Part shown: in pieces, positions 46,757 to 56,731 of the stretch | Position numbering within the stretch: the first letter of the stretch is position 1 | Layout of the letters: each line of letters begins with the position of its first letter | Source: Berkelbacteria bacterium GW2011_GWE1_39_12 | Lineage (GTDB): Bacteria; Patescibacteriota; UBA1384; UBA12157 | NCBI GenBank assembly: GCA_001029735.1 | Contig: CP011213.1 | Location: forward strand, 656,298 to 720,297 | Length of the DNA: 64,000 nucleotides | Reading direction: 5' to 3' | Translations under genes and position numbers: made by a program | The notes under the pieces: generated by a model | What the model was told of the DNA's origin: nothing | Seen by the model: only the letters and a program-made list of their open reading frames with translations | Database searches by the model: none

Positions 46757-48142
46757 CTAATCTAGATTTACGATTATATTTTTGGCTAATAATGGGTGTA
46801 CTTCCTTTACTTTTTTGTAAACTTCCTGAGCAATGCGGCGGTAGGAGATGTGACCAGCAGGTCCTGTACGGAGTTTTACGAAATGATAGACTTCTCTTAA
46901 ATTCATCGTGATCAGTGTTCGTTTTTTATACCCAAGCGGCACACAGTATTGAGCTTCCATTGGAAACTTTTTTGCAATTTTTTTGTATGTTTTGTCGGCT
47001 CTTTCCATAACCTCTTCGTACTCATTTTTTAAGCCAGCCTCAACAATTTCTTCGGGGGTGGAATAGCCGTGTTCAGTGGTGGCCAACTGATTGGTTTGAG
47101 TTGCCATACGGTGTCTTTGAATATCGCGGAAGGCGCCATAATCCATTAAGATATCGAATGTGTAAAAAGTATGTTCAAACTCTCGCGGTGCTTGGTCTTT
47201 TCTTTGGATTTTGCTTACAGCTGTGTCGATAATTTTTTCTTTTTCTTTATTACTCATTTTTTTAACTTGCGATCTAATTTGGCTGTAAGGCAGGGAAGAA
47301 TATTTGTAAATCAAGCTCGTCAATACTTTTTCTTCAGCGTCTTCATCGTATTTAACTAAAGTGGTTGATTCAGCTTTTTTAGGATCAATTTTTCCTAAAA
47401 TCTTGTGTGAAAGCAACGATAAGTCTTGGGTTGTGTCTACAATGAAATCATCCTTGGCTGCAAACTTAATCAATGTTGGAATTGTTTTAATTGTTGCCTT
47501 GCGAATTTCTTCGGCGATTTCTTGCAATTCTCCCAATGGTTGGGAAAGCATTTTGGTCACGGCATAATCCAATTGCCTGGCGTTAACAGTCATACCCATA
47601 TTTGTCTGAGTAGCAATTGGTAATAGATAACGACAGCTGTCAAAAACCTTGTTTCGAGTTCGTGACGCATAAAGCTTATCGTCCATTCCCTTTTCTTGTG
47701 GATATTTATTTTCAATAAACGTATACATTTTTTTAACAATTTCGTTGTAAGATTCGAAATAAAAATCGACCGCTTGTTCATAAAGTTTACCTAAGTCGTT
47801 TTCCATCAAAACTTTTGGTTTATAATATCTGTTTCTATCAAACTTTTGGTAACGCGTAGATTTTTCGGTGTAAGAAGCTAAACGGTTATCTTCTAAAAAT
47901 TTGGTAGCCAAAATGGAGATGTTTTCAAAAGCCATTGAGAGTACGGCGTGTTCTGCAACAGACTTGTGTCCGTAACCGATAATCCATTTTTCGTGAAATT
48001 TTCTAGATTTATCAGCATCAAGCTCTTGGATTATTTGATCGAACGGTTCGGGCGAGCGCGAACATTTACCGAATGTAACCGAAACAATTTCTGGATTATA
48101 ACCGACTAATGGATAGACTCTTCTTTTGGCTCCGTATTTCAT
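46757..48142 (-). CDS. thyX: FAD-dependent thymidylate synthase (tandem-domain form)
   Basis: YGHKSVAEH, EKSTRY, FRDIQRHR, NLRE..H...LR. Confidence 0.9.
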   Translation of the reverse strand: MKYGAKRRVYPLVGYNPEIVSVTFGKCSRSPEPFDQIIQELDADKSRKFHEKWIIGYGHKSVAEHAVLSMAFENISILATKFLEDNRLASYTEKSTRYQKFDRNRYYKPKVLMENDLGKLYEQAVDFYFESYNEIVKKMYTFIENKYPQEKGMDDKLYASRTRNKVFDSCRYLLPIATQTNMGMTVNARQLDYAVTKMLSQPLGELQEIAEEIRKATIKTIPTLIKFAAKDDFIVDTTQDLSLLSHKILGKIDPKKAESTTLVKYDEDAEEKVLTSLIYKYSSLPYSQIRSQVKKMSNKEKEKIIDTAVSKIQRKDQAPREFEHTFYTFDILMDYGAFRDIQRHRMATQTNQLATTEHGYSTPEEIVEAGLKNEYEEVMERADKTYKKIAKKFPMEAQYCVPLGYKKRTLITMNLREVYHFVKLRTGPAGHISYRRIAQEVYKKVKEVHPLLAKNIIVNLD

Positions 48143-48152
48143 TTTTCTCCAA

Positions 48153-49385
48153 TTATTCTAGTGGAAACTTTTTTGCTAATTTTACGACTTCTTTTTCTAA
48201 TTTATTTTTTGCTTCTTTTTTCATTAATGTGGCGGCAATTAATTTTGCCACAATTGTCATTTCCTTTTCTTTCATCCCGCGAGTAGTTAGTGCAGGCGTA
48301 CCAATGCGGATGCCGGAGCCAATAAATGGCTTTTCTGGATCAAGTGGAATTGTGTTTTTATTGCAAATTATGCCAATTTCCTCGAGCATTAATTGCGCAT
48401 CTTTGCCTGTGATTTGTAATGTTCTTAAATCAACGAGCATTAAATGATTATCGGTCCCGTTTGAGACAATCTTAAATCCATGTCCTTGTAATTCTCGAGC
48501 CAAGGCTTTAGCATTTTTGACGATTTGTTTCGCATAAATTTTAAAGTCCGGGTCGAGAGCTTCGCCGAAACAAACTGCTTTTGCCGCAACTTGATTATCA
48601 TGTGGGCCACCCTGTAATCCTGGAAAAACGGCTCGATCAATTTGCTTTTGAAATTCTTTTTTACAAATTATCAAAGCGCCTCGTGGGCCGCGCAATGTTT
48701 TATGTGTTGTGCTCATTACAAAGTCGGCATAAGGAAAAGGGGATGGATGAGCGCCGCCAATTACAAGACCGGCGATATGTGAAATATCAGCCAATAAATA
48801 GGCATTAACTTTTTGAGCAATTTCAGCAAATTTTTTAAAGTCGATTGTTCTGGAATACGCAGTAGCGCCGCAAATAATTAATTTCGGTTTTTCTTTTTTG
48901 GCGATTTTTAAGATCTCGTCATAGTCTAACATTTCAGTTTTTTCATCGACGCCATAGAAAGCAAAATCAAAAATTCTGCCAGGAAATGATATTGGCAAGC
49001 CATGAGTAATGTGTCCGCCTTGATCTAATTTCATACCCATGATTTTGTCGCCTGGTTCTAAGACAGAGCTATAGACAGCTAAGTTGGCAGGGGAGCCCGA
49101 GTAAGGCTGAACATTAGCATGCCATTTTGTTGGCGAAAGCTTAAACATTTTAAGAGCACGATCTTTGGCAATTTCTTCAATTTGATCAACATAAATTTCA
49201 CCGGCATAGTAGCGAGCGCCTGGATAGCCTTCTGAATACTTATTACTTAAAATTGAGCCCAGTGCTTCGCGAACTTCTAAGCTGGCATAGTTTTCCGATG
49301 GAATTAAATCGATTGTTTCATTTTCGTATTTTTCTTCAGCGGAAATCAACTTAGCGATTTTTGGGTCTTTTTTTGAGATGGACAT
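48153..49385 (-). CDS. glyA: Serine hydroxymethyltransferase
   Basis: LIPSENY, NKYSEGYPG, TTHKTLRGPRG, GTDNHL. Confidence 0.97.
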   Translation of the reverse strand: MSISKKDPKIAKLISAEEKYENETIDLIPSENYASLEVREALGSILSNKYSEGYPGARYYAGEIYVDQIEEIAKDRALKMFKLSPTKWHANVQPYSGSPANLAVYSSVLEPGDKIMGMKLDQGGHITHGLPISFPGRIFDFAFYGVDEKTEMLDYDEILKIAKKEKPKLIICGATAYSRTIDFKKFAEIAQKVNAYLLADISHIAGLVIGGAHPSPFPYADFVMSTTHKTLRGPRGALIICKKEFQKQIDRAVFPGLQGGPHDNQVAAKAVCFGEALDPDFKIYAKQIVKNAKALARELQGHGFKIVSNGTDNHLMLVDLRTLQITGKDAQLMLEEIGIICNKNTIPLDPEKPFIGSGIRIGTPALTTRGMKEKEMTIVAKLIAATLMKKEAKNKLEKEVVKLAKKFPLE

Positions 49386-49401
49386 TTAGTGTCCTTTCTA
49401 A

Positions 49402-49938
49402 TTACATTTTGTCGTAGGTTTCCAATTCATTTTTTAAAACTTCTAATTTAATTTTAGCTTTTTTAAACATTGCCCTAGTGTCTTTGGCCGCATTATATTT
49501 TTTTTCACAGACTACTCTTTTTATACCACAATTTATGATCATCTTGGCGCAATTTACACAAGGCTCATATTTTCCATAGAGTGTGGCGCCTTCAAGAGCT
49601 ACCCCTAATCTAGCAGCCTGGCAAATTGCATTCTGTTCCATATGAATGGTTCTTACGCAATGAGTGGTCATCTCGCCGTTTTCATGTACGGTTTGTTTTA
49701 GCTGGTGACCAACATCATCACAATGAGGGAGTCCTTTTGGAGAGCCAACATAGCCTGTTGTTAAAATTTGCTTGTCACGAACAATTACACATCCACCCCG
49801 GCCACGATCGCAAGTGCTACGTTTTGCGACGGTTTTAGCTATTTCCATAAAGTATTCGTCCCAATCAGGACGGATATATTTTTCTGCTTTCTCTTCTACT
49901 TTTTGTTTTTTTTTGTTTGTAGCTTTTTTTCGAGGCAT
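49402..49938 (-). CDS. dCMP deaminase (ComEB family)
   Basis: RPDWDEYFM, RSTC, HMEQNAI, PCVNC. Confidence 0.92.
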   Translation of the reverse strand: MPRKKATNKKKQKVEEKAEKYIRPDWDEYFMEIAKTVAKRSTCDRGRGGCVIVRDKQILTTGYVGSPKGLPHCDDVGHQLKQTVHENGEMTTHCVRTIHMEQNAICQAARLGVALEGATLYGKYEPCVNCAKMIINCGIKRVVCEKKYNAAKDTRAMFKKAKIKLEVLKNELETYDKM

Positions 49939-49946
49939 TAAAGCTC

Positions 49947-50501
49947 CTATTTATTTTCGGTGATTATTTTATCGATTGTTTTATACAGGTCTTCCTTAGT
50001 TTTGGAATTATCAATTAAATAATCTGCGTTTTCTTTGCAATAAGAAAGTACTTGCGAACTTTTGCCAGACATTTCGAGATCTTCTCGGTGTTTAAGATCT
50101 TCTAAACTCATTTGCTGTTCCTCGATTTTTTCCGGATCATTTTCACTTCTTTTTTTCATGCGTTCAAAACGTAATTCTATTGGAGCATCGACAAAGATTA
50201 ATTTAAAGTCTTCGATAGTATGTAGATAGTCAACTTCGCCTGGCTGCCTGACAGACGATAGGGCAAGATTCTTTTTTGTTTTTTCTTTAACAGCTTTTTT
50301 TGCTAAAGCGCCTGGACCAATTTTTTTTAAAAATTCATTTCCTAATATCCGAAGGTTTTCTCGTTCTACGGTTAAGCCACGACGACGCGCTTCTTCTCTT
50401 AAAATATCAGAACATGAAATATGTTGAAAATCTTTTTCAATTAAATATTCGGCGATTGTGTCTTTGCCGCCACCGAAAGTACCGGAAATTCCTAGTATCA
50501 T
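49947..50501 (-). CDS. P-loop nucleotide kinase (dephospho-CoA kinase/UPF0200-like)
   Basis: GTFGGGKDT, VDAPIELRFER, ADYLIDN. Confidence 0.8.
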   Translation of the reverse strand: MILGISGTFGGGKDTIAEYLIEKDFQHISCSDILREEARRRGLTVERENLRILGNEFLKKIGPGALAKKAVKEKTKKNLALSSVRQPGEVDYLHTIEDFKLIFVDAPIELRFERMKKRSENDPEKIEEQQMSLEDLKHREDLEMSGKSSQVLSYCKENADYLIDNSKTKEDLYKTIDKIITENK

Positions 50502-50545
50502 ATTTTTCTCCTGAAAAATTCCGCGATGAGCTTTAGCTTATCCAT

Positions 50546-50971
50546 TTATCTCCTGCCTGTGCTGCCAAAGCCGCCAATGCCACGGCTGGTTTTAGTTAAT
50601 TTTTTTACTTCAACTATATTAGCTGTAATAATCGGCTGAATTAATAACTGGGCAAGTTTATCGCCTTTGTTAATTTCATATGTTTTATTACTTAGATTAA
50701 TTAAAATAACTTTGTATTCGCCGCGATAGCCGGCATCAATGACTCCACCTAAGCAATGGATGCCTTCCTTAATTGCCAATCCGCTTTTGTCCCAAATTAA
50801 CGAGACATAATCCTCTGGCAACTCTAAAGCAAATCCAGTAGCAAAAGCATATCGCTCAAATGGTTGAAGAATTTTTGATTCAACAGAAAACATATCCATT
50901 CCAGCGTCATTTGGATGAGCATATGAGAGAATCTTTACATCTTTATTTAGCTTTAAAAATTTAATCTGCAT
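50546..50971 (-). CDS. dut: dUTP diphosphatase
   Basis: DAGMD, KSGLA, GVIDAGYRGE, RGIGGFGSTG. Confidence 0.96.
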   Translation of the reverse strand: MQIKFLKLNKDVKILSYAHPNDAGMDMFSVESKILQPFERYAFATGFALELPEDYVSLIWDKSGLAIKEGIHCLGGVIDAGYRGEYKVILINLSNKTYEINKGDKLAQLLIQPIITANIVEVKKLTKTSRGIGGFGSTGRR

Positions 50972-51079
50972 TTCGCTTCTAATAGTAAAGTTAAGCTTTA
51001 AAAAATGCAAATTTTCAGGTATAATATGGGTGAGCAAAAATTGCTCATCGCGGAATTTCCTTGAAAGGAAAATATTGAC

Positions 51080-51496
51080 ATGTCAATTGCATACAACAAA
51101 AAAGCCAACTTGGAATACGAGATTTTAGAGAAGTTTGAAGCGGGGATAGTTCTTTCTGGTCTCGAAATTAAAATGATTCGTGCCGGCAAAATAAATTTGA
51201 ACGGTACTTATTGTCGTGTTTTAAATGGTGAGATTTTTGTTTTAAATATGCATCTTGGTGGAGTTGATGAACCGGAAAGAAGCCGCAAACTTTTAATGCA
51301 TAAAAGTGAAATCCAATATCTAGCTTCAAAGACAGAACAAAAAGGTTTATCTATTGTCGCATTGGCTGTTTATATAAAAAAAGGAAAGGCGAAGTTAGAG
51401 ATTGGCCTTGCTCGCGGCAAAAAAATATACGATCACAGAGAACAGCTAAAGAAAAAAGATATTCAACGCCAAAAGCAGCGAGAACTCGTGGATTAG
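51080..51496 (+). CDS. smpB: SsrA-binding protein
   Basis: NKKA..EY.ILEKFEAGIVL.G.E, RKLLMHK, GKK.YD.R. Confidence 0.96.
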   Translation: MSIAYNKKANLEYEILEKFEAGIVLSGLEIKMIRAGKINLNGTYCRVLNGEIFVLNMHLGGVDEPERSRKLLMHKSEIQYLASKTEQKGLSIVALAVYIKKGKAKLEIGLARGKKIYDHREQLKKKDIQRQKQRELVD

Positions 51497-52005
51497 AATT
51501 TATAAATAAAGAAACTTTGTTCTTTTACTTTTATTTTTTTATACAGTTTAAGTTTTTTGATCTCAAAACCCTTAGAAATTAATACAGCGCCCTTTTTAAT
51601 CTCGGTTTCAAATTTGGTGCTTAATTTCTCTAGCAGGTCAGGTAAAAAATAGCAGTAAATTAGGTTAGCCTTTTTTATTTCGGCGTCTTTTACGTTTTTA
51701 AAAATTACTTTTATCTTTTTATTAGTAAATGTCTTAATTTTAGATAATAAAAAATAAAACGGCGAAATTTCATATCCGATAGCTTCCATATCTAGGTCTG
51801 ACGCTTGTTTTAAAATTTCTCCATTACCAGACCCTAGCTCGCAGAATAGGTTATCTTTTTTGGCAAATAATTTGATAATCTCAGACGTGGTTTTTTTATC
51901 ACTTTGGACGTAAACCGTGCCGAAAATAATAGAAATCAAATTCGATAACTGCCAGAGAAATAAAATCAAGGATCCAATCACAATTAGAATATACAATATT
52001 ATCAC
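51493..52005 (-). CDS. Membrane-anchored class I SAM methyltransferase
   Basis: N-terminal TM, ELGSGNG, GYEISP. Confidence 0.8.
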   Translation of the reverse strand: MIILYILIVIGSLILFLWQLSNLISIIFGTVYVQSDKKTTSEIIKLFAKKDNLFCELGSGNGEILKQASDLDMEAIGYEISPFYFLLSKIKTFTNKKIKVIFKNVKDAEIKKANLIYCYFLPDLLEKLSTKFETEIKKGAVLISKGFEIKKLKLYKKIKVKEQSFFIYKF

Positions 52006-52109
52006 TCTTAGATTGTGGGCTAAAATATTAAAAATGTAAAATAATCACAAAAGAAAAAAGAGCCAGGTGGCTCTCTTTTCTAAATTTTGTTTTTCTTATC
52101 TTACATTTT

Positions 52110-52895
52110 TTAGTAAATGTAGCCCAAAATCCTACCGTTGCTTGCGGAAATGGTTCTTTGAGAAAGAATTCCGAAGCCTTTGTAGTTCATTTCGTTAAGG
52201 GTAATTTCATCACCATTAACGCCGTCTACCATGGCAACGTGACCGGCACTACCACCTTCAGATGTGACCATAATTGCGCCAACCTGCGGTGTGTTACCTG
52301 TCGCAAAACCAGAGTTTCTGGCACCGCTTAGCCAAGTAATTGCATTACCTGACCAAGGGATGAACCGTCTCGAAGAGACGTAATAGGTGCAATAGCCGTA
52401 AGGAAAGCGGTGAGCGCTTTCGCTAACGTTAGATGCAACTACTGGAGCAATTGCCTTACGAGTTACACTCGTAGCTTTTACTACAGTTTTGGGTTTCTTA
52501 ACTGGCACTTCAATGGTAATTTGCGTTTCAGTGACTAACGGTTTTTGAATGAATTCTGTCGGCACAAAAACGTAGGAAGCTGAAGCTTGATCCACATTGC
52601 TATTAGACACAACCGGAGCAACATTTTCGATCGCTTTTTTAGCGTTCGCGATGTTGTTCCAGGAGCTATCGGCCGCATGCGCTTTTGGCAAGCTCATGAA
52701 GCTTAGTCCGAATAGGGTAGTGGCTGCAAAAATACCAAGCAAAGTCGATGCTTTGCTAAAATCCCGTCCTTTTTGGGAACGATTTTTGTTTTTGAAGGTG
52801 CCTTGACTCTGAAATTCTCCTTGTTCCTGTCCCCGTGCGGGGGCTTGTTTCTGGTTTTTTAGTTTAGCCAGGAGCCCCGAGGATTCAGTACAAAT
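52110..52895 (-). CDS. Secreted CHAP-domain peptidoglycan hydrolase (probable ATT start; TTG 52742 alternative)
   Basis: FPYGYCTYY, WSGNA..W, GHVA.V, EMNY; GGAGGT SD 5 nt before in-frame ATT. Confidence 0.85.
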   Translation of the reverse strand: MCTESSGLLAKLKNQKQAPARGQEQGEFQSQGTFKNKNRSQKGRDFSKASTLLGIFAATTLFGLSFMSLPKAHAADSSWNNIANAKKAIENVAPVVSNSNVDQASASYVFVPTEFIQKPLVTETQITIEVPVKKPKTVVKATSVTRKAIAPVVASNVSESAHRFPYGYCTYYVSSRRFIPWSGNAITWLSGARNSGFATGNTPQVGAIMVTSEGGSAGHVAMVDGVNGDEITLNEMNYKGFGILSQRTISASNGRILGYIY

Positions 52896-53171
52896 AATGA
52901 ACCTCCGATGTGAGTATCAATAACTAAATACCACCCTTGATAAACATTCCCCATGCATTTTTCAACAGGCCCTAAAGCTTGTTCAAAAAAACTTTAATGT
53001 TCATATCAACTATTGATTACTCGATCGATTGCGTTTTTTACAACGCAGTTACTATTTTAACATATGGGTAAAGTTTGTCAACCCCTAGAGGCTAAATTGG
53101 TTTAAATATTGAAAAATTGCTTAAAAAGGGGTAGAATAAAGGCAAGATTAAATGCAGAGTTAGGAGAAAAA

Positions 53172-54182
53172 ATGGAAAATCGCATTAAAATTGATGTATC
53201 ACTCGGATCCATTCTCAAGGTAGCCTTAGTCGTGCTTGGCTTATGGTTCTTTTTTGTAGTGCGAGATGTCTTATTGTTGTTTTTTATCGTCCTAATTATA
53301 GTTGCGGCACTTGGGCCTCTTGTTGATAAAATGAGTAAATTTATGCCAAGATTCCTTTCGGTTCTGATTTTAGCTATTATTTTCTTGGGGATTTTAACCG
53401 CCGTCGGTTTTCTTTTTATCCCTCCTTTGGTTTCCCAGATTAGTCAGTTGGCAGTTAATATCCCGGTGATAGTGAATAAATTGGGGCCAGTATATCATAG
53501 CCTTCAAGCTATTATTCCTAGCTCCCAGAGTAATATCTTAAATCTTTCGTCACAATTGGAAGGGATCACATCGGGGATATACACAACCACGGTCGGCTTT
53601 TTTACTGGGTTAGTTGCGTTATTAACAATTATTGTCATGTCATTTTATATGCTTTTGGAACAGAATTCGATTAAAAGTTTTGTTTACGAAATAGTGCCTT
53701 ATCGTTACAGGGAAGTGGCTGTTGATTTATTAAAAAAGATTTCAGACAAAATGGGCAGTTGGCTCCGAGGACATGTTCTTTTGATGTTAGTCGTGGGTCT
53801 TCTTGATTTCATTGCTTTAAGCTCTGTCGGCGTCCCTTATGCTCTAACTTTGGGTTTATGGGGTGGTTTAACTGAAGTTATTCCTTATATTGGTCCATGG
53901 TTAGGCTTACTTCCTGCGGTAATTATTGCTTTTACAATATCGCCGATAAAAGCTTTAATTATTATTATTGTTTACTTTTTAATTCAGCAATTAGAATCAT
54001 CGTTTTTTGCCCCTAAAATTTTAGGGAAAGCAGTCGGCTTGTCACCAGTAATAATTATCCTAGCTTTGTTAATCGGTGGTAAATTAATGGGGATATTAGG
54101 TGTGATCATCGCTGTGCCTGTAGCTGCTGCTCTAAGCGTACTCTTTCAAGAATGGCCAGAACTCAAGAAAATAAAATCTTAG
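53172..54182 (+). CDS. AI-2E family transporter
   Basis: IPYIGP, QQLES..P.ILGKAVGLSP, G.LG.IIAVP. Confidence 0.92.
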   Translation: MENRIKIDVSLGSILKVALVVLGLWFFFVVRDVLLLFFIVLIIVAALGPLVDKMSKFMPRFLSVLILAIIFLGILTAVGFLFIPPLVSQISQLAVNIPVIVNKLGPVYHSLQAIIPSSQSNILNLSSQLEGITSGIYTTTVGFFTGLVALLTIIVMSFYMLLEQNSIKSFVYEIVPYRYREVAVDLLKKISDKMGSWLRGHVLLMLVVGLLDFIALSSVGVPYALTLGLWGGLTEVIPYIGPWLGLLPAVIIAFTISPIKALIIIIVYFLIQQLESSFFAPKILGKAVGLSPVIIILALLIGGKLMGILGVIIAVPVAAALSVLFQEWPELKKIKS

Positions 54183-54272
54183 TTGTATTTATAAACTCAA
54201 CCGTGTAAATTAAAAACGGTGTTAGCTTAGGTATGTTTGTTGAAACTTAACAACCAAGAGAGGAGGATCCCA

Positions 54273-55370
54273 GTGATTGAAAGCGGGCTACTAGTGCGGA
54301 AACTGAGACTGGAACCTGTTGATACTTCAAGCTGCGCTTACATCAATTCCGGGGTCAAACTGAATGGACGAGGTCCCGAACTTGGTGTCAGGGTGCAGCC
54401 GATTATCAGGATAAATGGCAAGCTTGTTACCGCGAAAGGCGATAAGATTGCACTTTATCGAAGAAACGGTGATGGTTCTTATCATGTCGTAAATGATGAG
54501 TTCGTAACACCTTACGGTAAGTATGATGCAGCTGAAGATCTGATCTTCGACAATATCAATGGTGGTAACTTCGCCACCTGCAATATGGTCGAACCGATTA
54601 AGATCAGTGATTTTCCAAAGGATATCCGCGAGAGATTAATAAATCAGACGCCAGTAGAATTTCGCCATCTTCTTACAGCCGAAAGAACATCAGTTCCTGG
54701 TTACTTCAGAGTTGAGGACAAAAAGGCGATTCAGATTGGTGAAATAACGGCACCTTGGAAATACTATGGGATCAAGAGCTTAACTGAATTGCCACGAGTG
54801 CGGGGAGAAAAGTTCTTTATCGGACGGATTTTTCACTCTCCGTATAGTGATAAACCGGAGATTGTTCTTTTCCATCGGAAGAAAGGCGGAAGGCTTTGTA
54901 CCAACGAGCTAGGTAATTTGGAGCCTGTGGCTTCCTTTGCCGCGCTGGCGCCAAAAGATTCTAACGCTGTGTTAGGCATCAGCTCTGCTGTTGACTTCGT
55001 CGACGGCTGTTGGCTGGTCTTCTTCCATGTAGTGACTTCACTGGAACCAGATCGTGAATATCATCACGGCTTCTTCCTACTTGATCCTGACAACCCAACA
55101 AAAATTATTGCCTTTTCAGAACGAGATGTTCTAAATCCTTCACATTTCTGTTGTGACGGTGACGCTGTCTGTCAATACGCCGTTTACTTCCGGAACTTTA
55201 TTTACAACCCGTATCGGAAGACAATCGAAAGCGTTGTTTCAGCGAGAGATATGGATATCAACCATATTCGTGCCAACTGGACCTCATGGAGGTCTGTCAT
55301 TCGGCCAGTCAGAGGTCGAGAGCTAACTATTAACCTTTCAAACAATAGTCATGCCCGCATTTTAATATAG
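54273..55370 (+). CDS. Divergent GH130-like beta-propeller glycosidase/phosphorylase
   Basis: INSG, AEDL, FHR, WLVFFH, Y..GF.LLD.DNP.KII; AGGAGG SD before GTG. Confidence 0.6.
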   Translation: MIESGLLVRKLRLEPVDTSSCAYINSGVKLNGRGPELGVRVQPIIRINGKLVTAKGDKIALYRRNGDGSYHVVNDEFVTPYGKYDAAEDLIFDNINGGNFATCNMVEPIKISDFPKDIRERLINQTPVEFRHLLTAERTSVPGYFRVEDKKAIQIGEITAPWKYYGIKSLTELPRVRGEKFFIGRIFHSPYSDKPEIVLFHRKKGGRLCTNELGNLEPVASFAALAPKDSNAVLGISSAVDFVDGCWLVFFHVVTSLEPDREYHHGFFLLDPDNPTKIIAFSERDVLNPSHFCCDGDAVCQYAVYFRNFIYNPYRKTIESVVSARDMDINHIRANWTSWRSVIRPVRGRELTINLSNNSHARILI

Positions 55371-55410
55371 TGCGGGTTTTTATTTCTTTGCATTTCTACT
55401 CGTCTTTTCA

Positions 55411-55541
55411 TATAATTAAGCCGACAGCTTAATTTCGGAAATTTGCACAGCAAATTATAATTAAGCCGACAGCTTAATTTCGGAAATTTGCACAGCAAAT
55501 TATAATTAAGCCGACAGCTTAATTTCGGAAATTTGCACAGC
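55411..55541. repeat. 45-bp perfect tandem repeat (~2.9 copies) of overlapping palindromes
   Basis: TATAATTAAGCCGACAGCTTAATTTCGGAAATTTGCACAGCAAAT. Confidence 0.95.
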
Positions 55542-55592
55542 TTATAATTAGCACAAGAATTTGACTCATCATTAATTATTCTTTGGAGCAAA

Positions 55593-56675
55593 GTGAATCA
55601 ATCATCTGATAATCCATTGAGTCTGGATTTTAAATTTAATCTTAAAACTCTGATTGTTATTCTGCTCTTTGCGGTAGGACTTTATTTTTTATTTCCAAAG
55701 CTCATTGGTGTACCTGAAGCTCTGAAATTAATCTTACATGTCAATAAATGGTATTTAGTTTTAGCTTTAATATGCGAATTACTATCCTATGTAGGGGCTG
55801 CTACTCTTTTAGGGGTTATTTTACAGGCTCTAGGCTACAATGTTGGATTATATAAGCGCTTTAAAATTTCTTCAATTGCAGCTTTCGCCATCCATTTTTT
55901 TCCAGTTGGTTCGTTTGGCGAAGGCGCAGTTAATTACTATTTCTTACGCAAAGAAAAAGTAGAAGCCGGGTCAATCTTGTTGATGCTGGCACTTCGAATT
56001 ATTTTTACTTATGCTTCGTTTCTTTTGCTTTTTTTGTATGGCCTAGCACTTGTGCCAACTGTGCCACATCTAGAAGTTTCACCAAAAATAGTTTCTTTAG
56101 TAATTTTTATACTCATTGCCGGATTAGCCATATATCTTTTTTATCTTTACAAACATAAAGATAAGTTTCGTAAAACATGGAATAAATTTTTACGTTTCTT
56201 AGATAACTTCGCCTCTAGGATCAGAGGAAAAGAAATTTCCCAAGCCAAAGAATCAGAAGTATTTGAAGATATTTATAGTGGTATTGGACTGTTTAGTAAA
56301 AAAAAGAGATCATCACTTTACGCACTTTTGGCCGGCATTATGTATTGGATGGGTGATATAGCTTGTTTTTATTTCGTCTTTTTATCTTTTGGCTACCATA
56401 TTTCTTGGGGGGTTTTAATTTTTGGCTATGGAGCTGCGTCACTACTTGGCATGGCATCATTTATTCCTGGCGGTCTTGGAGTTGTGGAAGGAACAATGGG
56501 GTTGATGTACAGCGGTCTAGGCGTACCGAGCTCCTTAGCCTTAATGAGTATTTTGGTCTTTAGATTCTTTTCTTTTTGGATATGGATACCGTTTGGGCTC
56601 TATTCATTTATTAGTATGGGAAAAGAAAAAAAGAAATCTGGTAACGAAAATCTTTCAAATTTCCAAATAAAATAG
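55593..56675 (+). CDS. Lysylphosphatidylglycerol synthase TM / flippase-like (UPF0104) protein
   Basis: Multi-TM, IPGGLGVVEG, FRFFSFWI. Confidence 0.85.
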   Translation: MNQSSDNPLSLDFKFNLKTLIVILLFAVGLYFLFPKLIGVPEALKLILHVNKWYLVLALICELLSYVGAATLLGVILQALGYNVGLYKRFKISSIAAFAIHFFPVGSFGEGAVNYYFLRKEKVEAGSILLMLALRIIFTYASFLLLFLYGLALVPTVPHLEVSPKIVSLVIFILIAGLAIYLFYLYKHKDKFRKTWNKFLRFLDNFASRIRGKEISQAKESEVFEDIYSGIGLFSKKKRSSLYALLAGIMYWMGDIACFYFVFLSFGYHISWGVLIFGYGAASLLGMASFIPGGLGVVEGTMGLMYSGLGVPSSLALMSILVFRFFSFWIWIPFGLYSFISMGKEKKKSGNENLSNFQIK

Positions 56676-56731
56676 AACATTTACGTGATATAATTAGTTT
56701 GGTCGATCAAAATAAATAAGGATTTCCAAAA

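Noticed and set aside
52830-52910. c-di-AMP (ydaO) riboswitch upstream of the CHAP gene
   Set aside because: Only CTGAATCC resembles the motif; downstream conserved blocks are missing and the region is better explained as coding extension
55411-55541. CRISPR array
   Set aside because: Units are contiguous and identical with no unique spacers, and there are no cas genes in the window
55349-55591. 80-aa repeat-containing ORF
   Set aside because: Simply the translation of the 45-bp tandem repeat; no SD
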